From Microcaecilia unicolor (lineage: Eukaryota), in NCBI RefSeq assembly GCF_901765095.1, contig NC_044034.1:62434339-62498338 (forward strand): a DNA stretch of 64,000 bases, in the 5' to 3' direction. Positions 13,101-24,746 of this stretch are shown one piece after another. The notes beneath the pieces are model-generated. The model made no database searches. It was not told the DNA's origin and saw only the letters and a list, made by a program, of their open reading frames with translations. The stretch's first letter is position 1, and every line of letters starts with the position of its first letter. The position numbers and the translations under genes are program-made.

Positions 13101-14555
13101 CTCCAATATAGTGTCACAGTGGGGATTCAGATCTGAAAGATAAAATATATTAAATTTTAAAAAATAGCCTTAGTGTAACAGGGAGCCTGACTTCTATGCT
13201 CCACTGTAAATATTACCATCACAGGCTTCCACCACCTTCCGAAAAAAAAAAAAAAAAACACAGAGAAAAACTCCCAGAATATTTAAAAAATTGTAAAGAA
13301 GTGGGAGAAAAGTCTGTGTTTAAAAACAGAAGGGAGGGTAACACAATTTAACACAATACAGATCCAAATACCCACAACACTAAATCTCACTATGAATATG
13401 AATCACCCAAATAGACACTAATTAACAATCCCTCACTAGACTAAAATCTTAATTCAAAAAGAGAAGCCTTCCTGCAAGTAAAGAGAAAATAGAGCAAAGA
13501 CTCTTATAACATTCCTAGAATTGCTTAAACTTACATTCGTACTAATGAATGGATTCTAATTCTAACAAAAAGTAAACTTTACTTAGCTCAGAACATCCAA
13601 AGATTTTCACAGTCTGTGGGGTTTCTCCAAAATTAAAGTGTCCAATTTATATTATCCTTCTGGCAAAAATGTCCAATTTCCTTGTTTTTCGACAGTAGGA
13701 AATCCTTCTGTTTTGCTATCTTCATCAGGAGAAATACATAGCAGTGCATAAAAACTGCTTTACAAGTTGGATAACCTATGGAACTTTGTAAGTCTAAGTG
13801 CTTTGAAAATGAGCCCCTTAGTCTCAAGTTTCAATATTGACTATAAGGTGGATTTTGAGCACCATTGCTTTGCTGTTCAAAATAGTGAAATTCTGTGCTG
13901 CATGATACACTTAAGGGGCGAATCACTTGAACTATTTTCTTTTTCTGTCTTTGTACGCTGGTAGATAACCCCATTTGTCTGGACTGGCCTGATAAGACTA
14001 AAGGGAAGAACATTATCAGGTAAGACATAACTTTTCCGTACATGTGCATGGGACAGCAGTTTTCAAAGGCCATTTATCTGATGAAATGTCAACTTAACCA
14101 GATAAAAGGGCTGTCTGACAACTGCCAACCATAAAGGTGGCCAGAGGTATGTGTGATGTTCCTCAACACACATATTTTTGGCCTAATTTGAAGACTGCAG
14201 TCCCAGCAGAGGAAAATAATGTACGCGGATTCCGTGTAGAAAGCATCACAAAAAAATCAAGTACATACATCCATGACTACTTTGTACCCATGGCAATACA
14301 CGAGTACATTGATTGTACCCATTGCAGTTTTAAAAGTGAAAGTATACAACTACTTTCAGTCGGAAAATTGTGCAGAGACTGGGTAAAAGTTTGAGAATTG
14401 GCTGCTTTCTGATGCTAAAAGTTTCTTGAGTCTGAGACCTGGAAAGATGAGAGACTGAATGAGTTTTTTTGGGTAGGATTAAAAATACAAAGGAAAGGGC
14501 TCTTAACAGAAAGTGAACTTCCTTATTCCTCTAGCCTAAAATTCTGCATTCATAG

Positions 14556-15110
14556 TATAGTAACATAGTAGATGACGGCAGAAAAAGACCTGCACGGTCC
14601 ATCCAGTCTGCCCAAGAAGATAAATTCATATGTGCTACTTTTTTATTTGTACTGTCCTCTTCAGGGCACAGACCGTATAAGTCTGGCCAGCCCTATTCCT
14701 GCCTCCCAACTACCAGTCCCGCCTCCCACCACCAGCTCTGGCACAGACCGTATAAGTCTGCCCAGCACTAGTCCCGCCTCCCAACCACCAGCCCCAGCAC
14801 AGACTGTATATGTCTGCCCAGCACTAGCTCCGCCTCCCAACCACCAGCTCTGCCACCCATTCTAGGCTAAGCTCCTGAGGATCCCTTCCTTCTGCACAGG
14901 ATTCCTTTATGTTTATCCCATGCATGTTTGAATTCCGTTACCGTTTTCATCTCCACCACCTCCCGCGGGAGGGCATTCCAAGCATCCACCACCCTCTCCG
15001 TGAAAAAATACTTCCTGACATTCTTCTTGAGTCTGCCCCCCTTCAAATACTTCCTGACATTCTTCTTGAGTGTGCCCCCCTTCATGCAACAGAAAGTTTA
15101 TATAGGTAGA
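14556..15110 (-). mobile_element. 5'-truncated 3' end of a CR1-like LINE: the ORF2 C-terminus, then a 3'UTR carrying ~55-bp tandem repeats
   Basis: Minus-strand ORF 14867..15085 ends with 'ERVVDAWNALPREVVEMKTVTEFKHAWDKHKG'. This matches the conserved CR1 ORF2 C-terminal motif (RVV..WN.LP..VV.A.S...FK..LD). The 3'UTR is homologous to 28543..29700 and 35500..36060. Confidence 0.6.
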
Positions 15111-17203
15111 CAGAAGATGGATAAAGAGGTGAGTTAACAGCAAAAGGAAAAGAAGAAATTGCAGAGAAATTCTTAACAAGGTGCTTTTTTTATCCTCATG
15201 TTATTGGTATGTGCTGCAGTATTCACAATGACCGTACGATATCAGTGTAATCTATTACAATACTTTACCTTTTGGCCATTCCTGGAACTGCAGTGAAAAA
15301 AGTGATTTTATTTGTCTGCAATTTTGCATTCAGTCTGTAAGTTTTCCAAAAAAATTTCCAGGTTTTATATGGACCTGTATTCTGATAATTTGGTTCCTGT
15401 AAGTTCAGTGGTTCAGAAAAAAAAACATTTTTTCCCCAGCTAAATCCCTAAGGGGCCATTTTATTAAAACTTAGCTGTGCTAGCGGCTGTTGTGTGGTAA
15501 TGCATTTTGAATGAGCTTTGTCAGCATTACCGCACTGGCAGCTGCTAGCACGGCTTGGTAAAAGGGGGCCTTAGCGTGCACTAACAGACATTAATGTACA
15601 CAGAGCCATGTGGTCCTGGTCTCTTTACCACTTCGTCTTGTTTTAGCTTTCTTCTAAGTCTTCCATTTTCTCTTTCTTCACTCTCCCTGTTTTATTCCGT
15701 TTCTTCCTACATCTGTTTCTAACGTTGATCCTTCTTTCATCTTTTTTTCTTTCCTTTTCTGTCATCTGACTTTTTAACTACCTATAGCTTGATTTTATTA
15801 CATCTTCTGCCCCCTCCTGTCTTTAGTCTCCTCCTTTTCACCTTTCAGATAGTTACCAGCTTTCTATTTCCTCTTCTTATCCCTTTGTCCTTCCATTCCC
15901 TATCTCTGTCTCATCCCTTCACCAGCCATGCCACTCATCCCTTGTACACATCTAGACCCTTTCTTATGCCTTGCCTCTATGCAGACTACCATCTTTCCTC
16001 ATTTTCACTGTCTCTCACCTTTCAGTTGCCTTCCAACCCCTCCCCACACCCTCCAGGTCCTTCAAAAGTTTCACCCCCATTTATCTGCACTCAGTCTCAT
16101 AGCCCTCACCTGATCACCATTGCCCTTCCTTTCTTTGCTCAATGTCTTACTCCCCTGTTTGCTAAGCTGCGCGGCAATGCCGACACAGCTCATTCAAAGT
16201 GAATGGACTGTGTCGGCATTATCGCACCAGCAGCCACTGGCATAGCTTAATAAATGGGAGGGGTGTTAGTCCCCACTATCCCCCCATGTAATCCCTAAGT
16301 TCTTGCACTTCAATCCTACCCAAATCATGAGTCTTCACATTCGCAGTACCCATCCACTCTTAGTCTGTCTTCTTCTTCTGATCTCCCACACAATCTTAGA
16401 GTCTCTGCTAAGTCTGAGTTCCTGCTCTCCTACATCCCTGTGCCCTTTGTATTTGCCATCCTGTCTCTTTACATCCATTACCTCTGCCTTTACCCCATAC
16501 TTATCTATTCTTCCCTAGTGTTTCCCCTGCATATGTACTTGCTTCTCTTCCTCTCCTTTCTCCCAGTATAACCATTGGCCGTGGCCCCCATCTCCCAGCC
16601 TCGGCCATCTTCTCTCAGCATTAGCTCAGCCCCTGCTCTCTTGCTCCAGCTCCATCATTGGCATTGGTCCCAGCATCGGCATCAGTCCCTACCCCCCAAC
16701 ATTAACGGTGCCTGTCGTTTGACCCACACCCTGCTCCATGCTCAGCACTAGCAGTGCTGGTCAATCTGTTCTTGTTATCTAACTACTCTCACGCTTGACT
16801 CTGTGGACTAGGACAGTACGCTGCTGAGAAGCCCTAATCTTTGGAGTCACTCACTTAATGCCTGAGTCAGTCCTACTTGTTGATGGAAAAAGAAATGTTG
16901 CTCACCTGTAACAAATGTTTTCCATAGACAGCAGGATTGATAAGGCAAGCAATCATTCCCATCTCCACAAGAGTTGTCTAACCCTAATGAGCTTAGTAGC
17001 TGAGGAGACCACTGTGTGTGAGAGGGGCTGTGCATACTCAGAATTTTGCACTAAAGTTCTAAGCTATTTTTTTAATAATTCTGTCCCAGCACCTTTGGAT
17101 GATGTCACCCATTTATCAATCCTGCTGTCTATGGAAAATCACGTGTTACAGGTGAGCACCATTGTTATTTAACAATTAAAATGTTTTGATTTTGTTTTGA
17201 CAG

Positions 17204-17336
17204 GATGGCTGTGGGAATCTTTGCAAACTGTGTGTTCTTTCTGAAAGTGAACCGTTTATCTGTTCTGGACAAGAAAAAGATTAAAAGTCACATACAAGAA
17301 AATGGGGGAGTAATTTCTTTTGTGCTAAATGAAAAG
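17204..17336 (+). CDS. PARP4: PARP4 (vault PARP) start-codon exon. The acceptor AG is at 17202-17203, the ATG at 17205 and the donor GT at 17337. It encodes MAVGIFANCVFFLKVNRLSVLDKKKIKSHIQENGGVISFVLNEK, the N-terminal half of the BRCT domain.
   Basis: Human PARP4 starts MVMGIFANCIFCLKVKYLPQQQKKKLQTDIKENGGKFSFSLNPQ, a near-colinear match. The acceptor context is ttttgttttgacag|G. There is an in-frame stop directly upstream of the ATG. The donor is AAAAG|gtattg. Confidence 0.8.
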
Positions 17337-17699
17337 GTATTGAAACTGTTTTTCTCTTTTTTTCTAGATGACTTTTATAAATAAAACAAATCCAGAGTAG
17401 TGTGCTACTTAAACCAGTTCAATTTATGCAAGTGTACAATAAAAAGAGGAGGTTTAGTGTTTGTCAAAGGGAAATTGTATTGCATTAAATAACTGAAAGG
17501 TTAAAATTAGCTTGTGAGCAGGAGAGCGCATGAGCATCTGGCTTCAGGTGATATGTAACAAATGAGTCAGGCAAATGGGGTCATTCATACCTGCAAACAG
17601 AACCACAGGTAAAAAGAGGCAAATAGCATTCTTCCAGAAAAGTCTTAAATATCATAATGTCTTTGCTATACATTTTAATGTGTGTGTGTTTTTTTTAAA

Positions 17700-18420
17700 T
17701 ATTTATTGAGGTACAAGACATTCACATTCATGCAACAAAATGAAAAGACATAGTCCTAAATCACAATTCACAGCAAATGAACAGATTGAAATATAAACAA
17801 CAACAAAAGACAGTACCCTCAGCTGAGTACTATTTTAACATCCTGCCCAATTTTAATTACCCAACAGACAGCCCCCCCCCCCCACTCCTGGAACATCTGC
17901 AGGTCCCTGAAATAGTGCAACATAAAGTTGCCAAAGGGAACGATAAGCCTGATTCATCAGCTTTTGGTTAGACTTAAGCTGTTCCTGCTCCCAACGAGCC
18001 ATCTGAAGCATCTGTGCATTCCAGTGTTGCAAGGGTGGCGGGCTTTCAGCAACCCAGTGTACCAGTATGGTCTTCCTGGCCAACATTAATGCTACACAGA
18101 TAAAACGACCCTGAGAATCAAGTATACCCTGTCCACTTAAAGCAGATTCATCCCCAAAAGTAACACTCGGTAAGACCATTCAATGGTTAAATTAATCACT
18201 CGCCCCAAAGATGCAAGATCCAAAAGTCCCGTATTTTCATACATTCAAGGAAGTGATTCACAAGAGTGCCCACCGCACAATGGCATATCACACAGGTATC
18301 ATCAACCAAAAGACCCATCTGCTTCCCCCTAGAGCTAGTGATAAAAGCTCTGTACAATAGCTTGAACTGCATCTCATGCAGACTAGCACTGGGAATGGCC
18401 TTGAAGGCCAACACAAAGCA
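17700..18420 (-). mobile_element. 3' end of an L1-like LINE (the Cys-rich C-terminal domain of ORF2)
   Basis: Minus-strand ORFs 18196..18414 and 17853..18179 read 'LYRAFITSSRGKQMGLLVDDTCVICHCAVGTLVNHFLECMKIRDFW'. This is the usual C-terminal C..C…H…C cluster of L1 ORF2. Confidence 0.55.
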
Positions 18421-18465
18421 GGCAGCCAGTTCTGACTCAGATAAGTCCTCTCCCAGCTGCCCAGT

Positions 18466-19310
18466 CTACCATGAGGCCAAATGAGAGGGTCGATGTTCCC
18501 TGCCTACGGCGTACCACGCCGCCAATTTATTTGCTGTCAAGTCCCTTACCTCTGGGCCGGCGAGGCCTCCGGCAGCATGAGGACGCCCCGCTGTCTTGAC
18601 GCCGTAGTGCTTTCCACCGGTGCGGCCGGGTCCTCCGGCGGTGCGGGGTCGTCCGCTCCCTTGACGTCCGACGCACCGTTGGCGGTGGTTCGGCGTTCCG
18701 TCTCGTAGCGCCGAAGGTACTCCGGGGCCGTTCGGGTCCGTGGGCCCACCTCCCTGCTCCGCAGGGATTGGTCTTCCTGCGGGCAGACTCCTGCACTCTT
18801 CCCCCCTCGGCATTCCAGCCTATGGCAGCGCTCCTTTCCAGCTGATCTCTTTCAGCTGCAATGATCTGCTCAACTTCAGGGCGCTGCCTCCCTGCCTCAT
18901 CGTTTCGGCTTCTACTAAGGTAGGCGATTCACTCTCTCTGTTCGTTGCTGTATTACTTGCTCCTGCCTCTGACCCTTGCTCGGACCCAGACTACTCTCTG
19001 CCTGCTGCCAGTCTCTGACCCTTGCTCAGACTTGGATTACCTTCGGCCTGCCTCTGACTTCTGCCTTTGCCTGGGAACATCGCTCACTTACTTTTGGCCG
19101 ATTCCTCTGCATCCTTTTTTCCCAACCTACTGAAGTCCTGCCGGCCGCCCGCCCGCACCTGGGGGCTCAACCCCCAGGGACCGGCGGTCACCGCAGGTGA
19201 AGTTTCGGGGTTGCTCGGCTGCCTAGCAGAGCCCCGGTTTGAGTCTCTCTCATCTGTGCTCCGCTTGGCACAGGGACTCACAAGGGCGACATTTGCTGAC
19301 AGAAAAGTTT
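18466..19310 (+). repeat. Unclassified ~850-bp interspersed repeat, copy 1. It has a CpG-rich 5' half, internal ~45-bp tandem subrepeats and a conserved 3' block (cacctgggggctcaacccccagggaccggcggtcaccgcaggtga).
   Basis: It aligns along its whole length with 40370..41260 in the same orientation. The overlapping ORFs on both strands (18466..18813 and others) are compositional artefacts of the CpG-rich sequence. Confidence 0.6.
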
Positions 19311-19979
19311 ATCCAATGTGGCAAAAGAATGTCCCCGGACACCAGAAGGGACTAGGGATACACAGTAAAGCCGTAGCTGAAAGAAAGCTAAGAAGTCAGA
19401 ATGAGAAAGCTGCCATTGTGCCTGTGCAAACGAAGGGAAGACAGCCCCCTCTGGATCTGTAAAATGTCCAACATAGTGACAGCCCCCCTTCGCCTATGCC
19501 CTAAAACAGGTTGCACCCTGCTCCTCCAGGAAGTGAGGGTTGTCAACCGTTGCTAGAAAAGGGGAGGAACCAGATGCTTCCCTGGAACGGAGTCTCCACC
19601 ACATCCACACCCAACGAAGTGGGTGGAGCAGAGGGTGCAGCCCCCCCACCCCATCATGGGCAACTGTAAAAGGTTAAAAGCTGATTCCATATCATCAAGC
19701 TGATCAATCCATAGACTGGTGGGTTGTGTCCATCTACCAGCAGGTGGAGATAGAGAGCAAACTTTTGCCTCCCTATATGTGGTCATGTGCTGCCGGAAAC
19801 TCCTCAGTATGTTCTCTATCTCAGCAGGTGGTGGTCACACACAGCAGCAGCTCTGGCTAGGCCTCCAAGCCTAATCCTTAGGTTTTGTTGAGGCCTGGGG
19901 TTGAGGGCTCTTTTGAGCAAGTGCAAACCTGGTGGTGCCAGGTCCCTCCTTTTCTCCCCCCTCCCGCTGGCTCCGTTTA

Positions 19980-20012
<33 letters not shown>

Positions 20013-20533
20013 TAAACGTCTTTAAAGGCGTTTAATTCGACGTTTCTTTAAACGTTCATTGCAGCTACTCACTGGGACACCAGTTCGTTACAGCTCGGAG
20101 CGGCAAGCAGGTAATTTTACCTTTTTATAGCGGGCAGGGGGTTTCCCGATTCTTCTCCTCGTGGCAATGGCGTCGGAGGGCGAGGGCGCAAAGGGTCGCT
20201 CCCCGGATCGCTGGAGCGCTTCTAGAGGGGATGCGGGGGTTTTACAACCTGATTCGCCCTTGATGGGTGATAGATAAGTGACCGATGAATGTCCCGGTCG
20301 TTCCTCCGGCGTGGCGGTTTTTTCCCGCCATAAACGCCCATCCCCCGCTCCTCGCCTCCGCCATCTTGGCCGGCCACGCGGCTCGGACGGCTTCTTCGGG
20401 GCCGCCCTTGAGGTTGGAGACATTAATGCCATGAACGCCCTTAATTTGGGCGACGGCACAAAAGCGGCTAAAGTTAAGCGCCGTTCTTCCCGCGCGGCTC
20501 CTTCACGGAGTTTCGCGCCGGACGCCATTTTGG

Positions 20534-21883
20534 ATGCGCAGCATGTCTCTCCCCCGCTATTGCGAGCGCCGGTTGAGAGTGCGTCTAGGGCTGTTGCCCA
20601 GGCTGCGGAAGTGCACAGTCTGGGGGGTTTCTCCCCCGAGTTTGTTTTGCTGCTGCATCAGGCTTTCCTCATGCAAAACGCTGCCCCTGCTCCCTCTTCT
20701 GATAAAGAGGTTGAGGTTCCCAGAGGTAAACGCCCTCGGGTTGATTTCCAGGCCTTGGAGGACTTTTGTCTCCTCTGATGTAGATGAGGGCAGCGTGTCT
20801 GAGGTCTCCCAACGATCCTTTGCGGATTCCTTGGAGGAGATAGATCCCCGCTCGGATGGAGCGGATGACCCCTCTGCAGCGCGGCTTTTTAGCCCAGAGG
20901 ATTTGCCCAACCTGTTGTTACAGGCCATGGACACTTTGAAGATTTCCTCTCCGGAGGACGTCTCTCCCTCAGCCCCTGTTGGCTCTGCCATTATGCTGGG
21001 GACGAAGCGCCCGCCTAGAACCTTCCACGTGCATGATGCCATGCACACCTTAATTGCGGCTCAATGGGATGTCCCGGAAACGAGCCTTAAAGTGGCTAGG
21101 GCTATGTCCCGCCTCTATCCTTTGGCTGTGAGTGAACGTGAGGCCTATCTGTGGCCTACCGTGGATTCTTTAATCACTGCGGTGACTAAGAAAACGGCGT
21201 TGCCGGTGGAAGGTGGCACGGCCCTAAAGGACGCCCAAGACAGAAGATTGGAGGCGGCCTTAAGGTCGTCCTTTGAGGCAGCTGCTTTAAGTTTGCAGGC
21301 CTCAGTTTGCGGCTCCTATGTGGCCAGGGCGTGCCGGACTATGGTGCAGCGGGCTTCCCCCTCGGATCATTCCTTGAGGGCTGATTGGCCGGCCCTGGAA
21401 TCGGGCTTAGCCTATTTGGCAGACTTGCTGTATGATGTCTGGAGAGCCTCAGCTAAAGGCATGGCTCAGACAGTCTCTGCGCGGCGGTGGCTTTGGCTGA
21501 AACATTGGTCTGCTGACCACGCCTCTAAATCCCGCCTGGCTAGATTGCCTTTTAAAGGCAAGCTGCTCTTTGGGGTCGAGCTGGACAAAATCGTGACTGA
21601 TCTCGGCACGTCTAAGGGCAAGAAATTACCAGAGGTCAGGGCTCGGGTTAGTACTCGTCCCGATACCTCCATACCGCCCGGGCAAGTCGGGTTCCTCTGC
21701 CCCCTCTTCCTTCAAGAGGAATTTCTCCCCCAAGCAGCATTCCTTTCGCAGAGACCGCCGTCCCGGAGGTGCTCCCTCCGGTCCTCCCCCAGGGTCTCGT
21801 ACCCAATGACGGGGCCTTGGTCCACGCCCCAGTGCAGATTGGAGGACGGCTGTCCTCGTTTCTGGGCGAGTGGACCACTATAA
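20534..21883 (+). CDS. DIRS ORF1 (putative Gag-like protein)
   Basis: 449-aa ORF lying between the left ITR and the RT, in the position of DIRS ORF1. It has no catalytic motifs. Confidence 0.5.
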   Translation: MRSMSLPRYCERRLRVRLGLLPRLRKCTVWGVSPPSLFCCCIRLSSCKTLPLLPLLIKRLRFPEVNALGLISRPWRTFVSSDVDEGSVSEVSQRSFADSLEEIDPRSDGADDPSAARLFSPEDLPNLLLQAMDTLKISSPEDVSPSAPVGSAIMLGTKRPPRTFHVHDAMHTLIAAQWDVPETSLKVARAMSRLYPLAVSEREAYLWPTVDSLITAVTKKTALPVEGGTALKDAQDRRLEAALRSSFEAAALSLQASVCGSYVARACRTMVQRASPSDHSLRADWPALESGLAYLADLLYDVWRASAKGMAQTVSARRWLWLKHWSADHASKSRLARLPFKGKLLFGVELDKIVTDLGTSKGKKLPEVRARVSTRPDTSIPPGQVGFLCPLFLQEEFLPQAAFLSQRPPSRRCSLRSSPRVSYPMTGPWSTPQCRLEDGCPRFWASGPL

Positions 21884-23706
21884 CTTCAGACGCGTGGGTG
21901 CTGGAAGTCATCAGAGACGGCTACAAGCTAGAGTTCTGCCAACCCTTAAGAGACGGGTTTGTACTCTCTCCCTGCAAGTCTCCGGTCAAGCTGTGGTAGT
22001 GCAGCAGACCTTGGACAACCTGATCCGCCTGGGTGCGGTCGTTCCGGTGCCAAAAAATCAGATTGGCAAGGGGCGTTACTCCATTTACTTTGTGGTTCCA
22101 AAGAAAGGAGGTTCTGTCCGGCCTATCCTCGACCTCAAAGGGGTCAATCGGGCCTGGAAAGTGAGGCACTTTCGCATGGAGACTCTCCGCTCTGTTATAG
22201 CGGCAGTGAAGGCAGGAGAGTTCTTGGCTTCCTTGGACATCAAGGAAGCGTACCTGCATATTCCCATCTGGCCTCCTCTCCAACGCTTTCTGCGTTTTAC
22301 AGTCCTGAGACGACACTTCCAGTTCAGAGCCCTCCCTTTCGGGTTGGCTACTGCTCCGCGGACCTTTTCCAAAGTAATGGGGGTCATAGCGGCCTTCCTG
22401 CTAAAGGAAGGAGTACAAGTCCATCCTTATCTGGACGACTGGTTGATCCGAGCCCCCTCTTATGCAGAGTGCGGCAAAGCTATGGACCGGGTAGTTGCTC
22501 TTTTGAGCTCCCTGGGATGGATCATCAACTGGAAGAAGAGCCAGCTGCGCCCGACTCAGTCCCTGGTGTATCTGGGAGTTCGATTCGACACCCAAGTGGG
22601 CAGAGTGTTCCTGCCAGACAATCGGATTGTCAAGCTTCAGGCTCAGGTGGACTAGTTCCTAGTAGCCTCTCCTATTCGGGCTTGGGACTACGTGCAGCTG
22701 TTGGGCTCTATGACGGCCACGATGGAAGTAGTGCCCTGGGCCAGGGCTCATATGAGACCACTACAGCTATCTCTGCTGCTGCGCTGGACTCCGATGTCGG
22801 AGGATTATGCTGTGCGCCTTCCCGTGGACCCAGCAGTGCGCAAGGTGCTGAGCTGGTGGACGCAGACAGACAAGTTGTCTGCAGGATTGCCTCTGGTGAC
22901 CCCGGAGTGGATTGTCGTCACGACAGACGCCTCTTTGATGGGCTGGGGAGCCCACTGCTTGGGAAGGACAGCGCAGGGGCTCTAGTCTCCTGCAGAGGCA
23001 AGTGGTCTATCAACCTCCTGGAACTCAGAGCCATTCGCTTGGTGTTATTGGAGTTCATCCCGGTACTCGTGTTGAAGCCTGTACGGGTCCTGTCGGACAA
23101 TGCCACGGCTGTGGCCTATATCAACCGCCAGGGAGGTACCAGAGCGCCCCTCTAGCCAAGGAGGCTATGAGTCTTTGCCAGTGGGCGGAAGCGAACCTGG
23201 AGCAGCTTTCAGCGGCCCACATTGCCGGAGTCATGAATGTCAAGGCGGACTTTCTCAGTCGCCATACCTTGGAGCCCGGAGAGTGGCAACTATCTGCTCA
23301 GGCGTTCTTGGACATCACGAAGCGCTGGGGCCAGCCGAGCCTAGATCTGATGGCGTCATCGGCCAATGGCCAAGTGCCGCGCTTTTTCAGCAGAGGACGG
23401 GACCCTCGATCCCTGGGAGTAGATGCTCTTCTCCAACAGTGGCCGACACAAGAGCTCCTCTATGTGTTCCCGCCCTGGCCCATGTTGGGCAGGGTGCTAG
23501 ACCGGGTGGCAAAGCATCCCGGCAGGGTAATCCTGGTGGGTCCGGATTGGCCCAGACGTCCCTGGTATGCGGACTTGTTCAGGCTCTCAGTCGACGATCC
23601 TCTGCGGCTGTCAGTGGAGCAGGGCCTGTTACATCAGGGTCCCGTGGTGATGGAGGATCCCTCTCCCTTTGGTCTTACGGCCTGGCTATTGAGCGGCAGC
23701 ATCTGA
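21769..23706 (+). CDS. DIRS pol: reverse transcriptase (YLDDWLI), RNase H, and the DIRS/Ngaro-specific domain (…LLYVFPPWPMLGRVLDRV…ILVGPDWPRRPWY). It is interrupted by at least two frameshifts or stops, near 22655 and 22985.
   Basis: ORF 21870..22655 carries RT motifs (PILDLKGVNR…, FLASLDIKEAYLHIP, YLDDWLI). ORFs 22692..22985 and 23002..23706 hold the RNase H segment and the conserved DIRS domain in other frames. Confidence 0.75.
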
Positions 23707-24746
23707 GGAAGAAGGGCTTCTCAGACAAGGTCATCGCCACTATGCTGAGAGCGAGGAAGCGCTCTACTTCTACTGCTTACGCCAGGGTTTGGCGTATCTT
23801 TGCAGCATGGTGTGAAGCAGGCTCACTTTCTCCCTTCACTGCTCCAATTTCTTCAGTGTTGGCGTTCCTGCAAGAAGGTCTGGAGAAAGGCCTGTCGCTC
23901 AGTTCCCTTAAAGTCCAGGTAGCGGCTCTGGCTTGCTTCAGGGGCCGCCTGAAGGGTGCTTCCCTGGCTTCGCAGCCAGATGTGGTGCGCTTTCTCAAGG
24001 GAGTTAATCACCTGCGCCCTCCTCTGCACTCAGTGGTGCCTGCGTGGAATCTCAACCTGGTGCTAAGAGCATTGCAGAAGCCGCCTTTGGAACCCTTGTC
24101 GAGGGCATCTCTGAAAGACCTGACGTTGAAAGCAGTCTTTTTGGTGGCTATCACTTCAGACAGAAGAGTTTCCGAGCTCCAGGCACTCTCATGTCGAGAG
24201 CCTTTTCTGCAGTGCACTGAGGCAGGAGTGACTATTCGCACAGTGCCTTCCTTCCTGCCCAAGATTGGTTCTCGCTTCCATGTGAATCAGCAGCTCTGTC
24301 TCCCTTCCTTTCGTAGGGAGGACTACCCAGAGGAGTACTCCGCTCTTGAATATCTGGATGTGAGACGAGTCATCATCAGATACTTGGAAGTGACCAATGA
24401 TTTCCGGAAATCGGATCATCTGTTTGTCCTGTTTGCAGGTCCTCGTAAGGGTCTGCAGGCTGCTAAGCCTACAGTGGCAAGATGGGTCCAGGAAGCCATT
24501 GCAGCGGCTTATGTGGCCGCAGGGAAGGTGCCGCCTATCCAGCTGAAGGCTCACTCCACGAGAGCTCAGGCGGCCTCGATGGCAGAGGCCGGATCCGTCT
24601 CCTTGGAAGAGATATGCAAGGCGGCAACGTGGGCTTCGGCTCATACATTCTCCAAGCATTACCGTTTGACTGTGGCTGCACGGGCGGAGGCCCGGTTTGG
24701 AGCTTCAGTGTTGAGGTCAGGGATTTCTATGTCCCGCCCTGGGTGA
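23100..24746 (+). CDS. DIRS tyrosine recombinase, an intact 548-aa ORF
   Basis: C-terminal catalytic signature '…LKAHSTRAQAASMA…ICKAATWASAHTFSKHYRL'. This supplies the R…H-x-x-R…Y residues of lambda-integrase-like recombinases as seen in DIRS. Confidence 0.8.
   Translation: MPRLWPISTAREVPERPSSQGGYESLPVGGSEPGAAFSGPHCRSHECQGGLSQSPYLGARRVATICSGVLGHHEALGPAEPRSDGVIGQWPSAALFQQRTGPSIPGSRCSSPTVADTRAPLCVPALAHVGQGARPGGKASRQGNPGGSGLAQTSLVCGLVQALSRRSSAAVSGAGPVTSGSRGDGGSLSLWSYGLAIERQHLRKKGFSDKVIATMLRARKRSTSTAYARVWRIFAAWCEAGSLSPFTAPISSVLAFLQEGLEKGLSLSSLKVQVAALACFRGRLKGASLASQPDVVRFLKGVNHLRPPLHSVVPAWNLNLVLRALQKPPLEPLSRASLKDLTLKAVFLVAITSDRRVSELQALSCREPFLQCTEAGVTIRTVPSFLPKIGSRFHVNQQLCLPSFRREDYPEEYSALEYLDVRRVIIRYLEVTNDFRKSDHLFVLFAGPRKGLQAAKPTVARWVQEAIAAAYVAAGKVPPIQLKAHSTRAQAASMAEAGSVSLEEICKAATWASAHTFSKHYRLTVAARAEARFGASVLRSGISMSRPG

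Noticed and set aside
15789-16518. ORFs of 137, 61 and 71 aa in a pyrimidine-rich tract
   Set aside because: Poly-pyrimidine low complexity (Leu/Pro/Ser/Phe-rich), flanked by hairpin-forming short repeats at 15470..15560 and 16150..16230. Not coding.
18466-19462. Overlapping ORFs of 67 to 131 aa on both strands
   Set aside because: They lie within the CpG-rich interspersed repeat. The reading frames are not conserved against the second copy at 40370..41260, and no domain motifs are present.
20088-20528. 146-aa minus-strand ORF inside the DIRS 5' region
   Set aside because: It is antisense to the DIRS ORF1 region in GC-rich sequence and Arg/Pro-rich with no motifs. Most likely a spurious antisense ORF.
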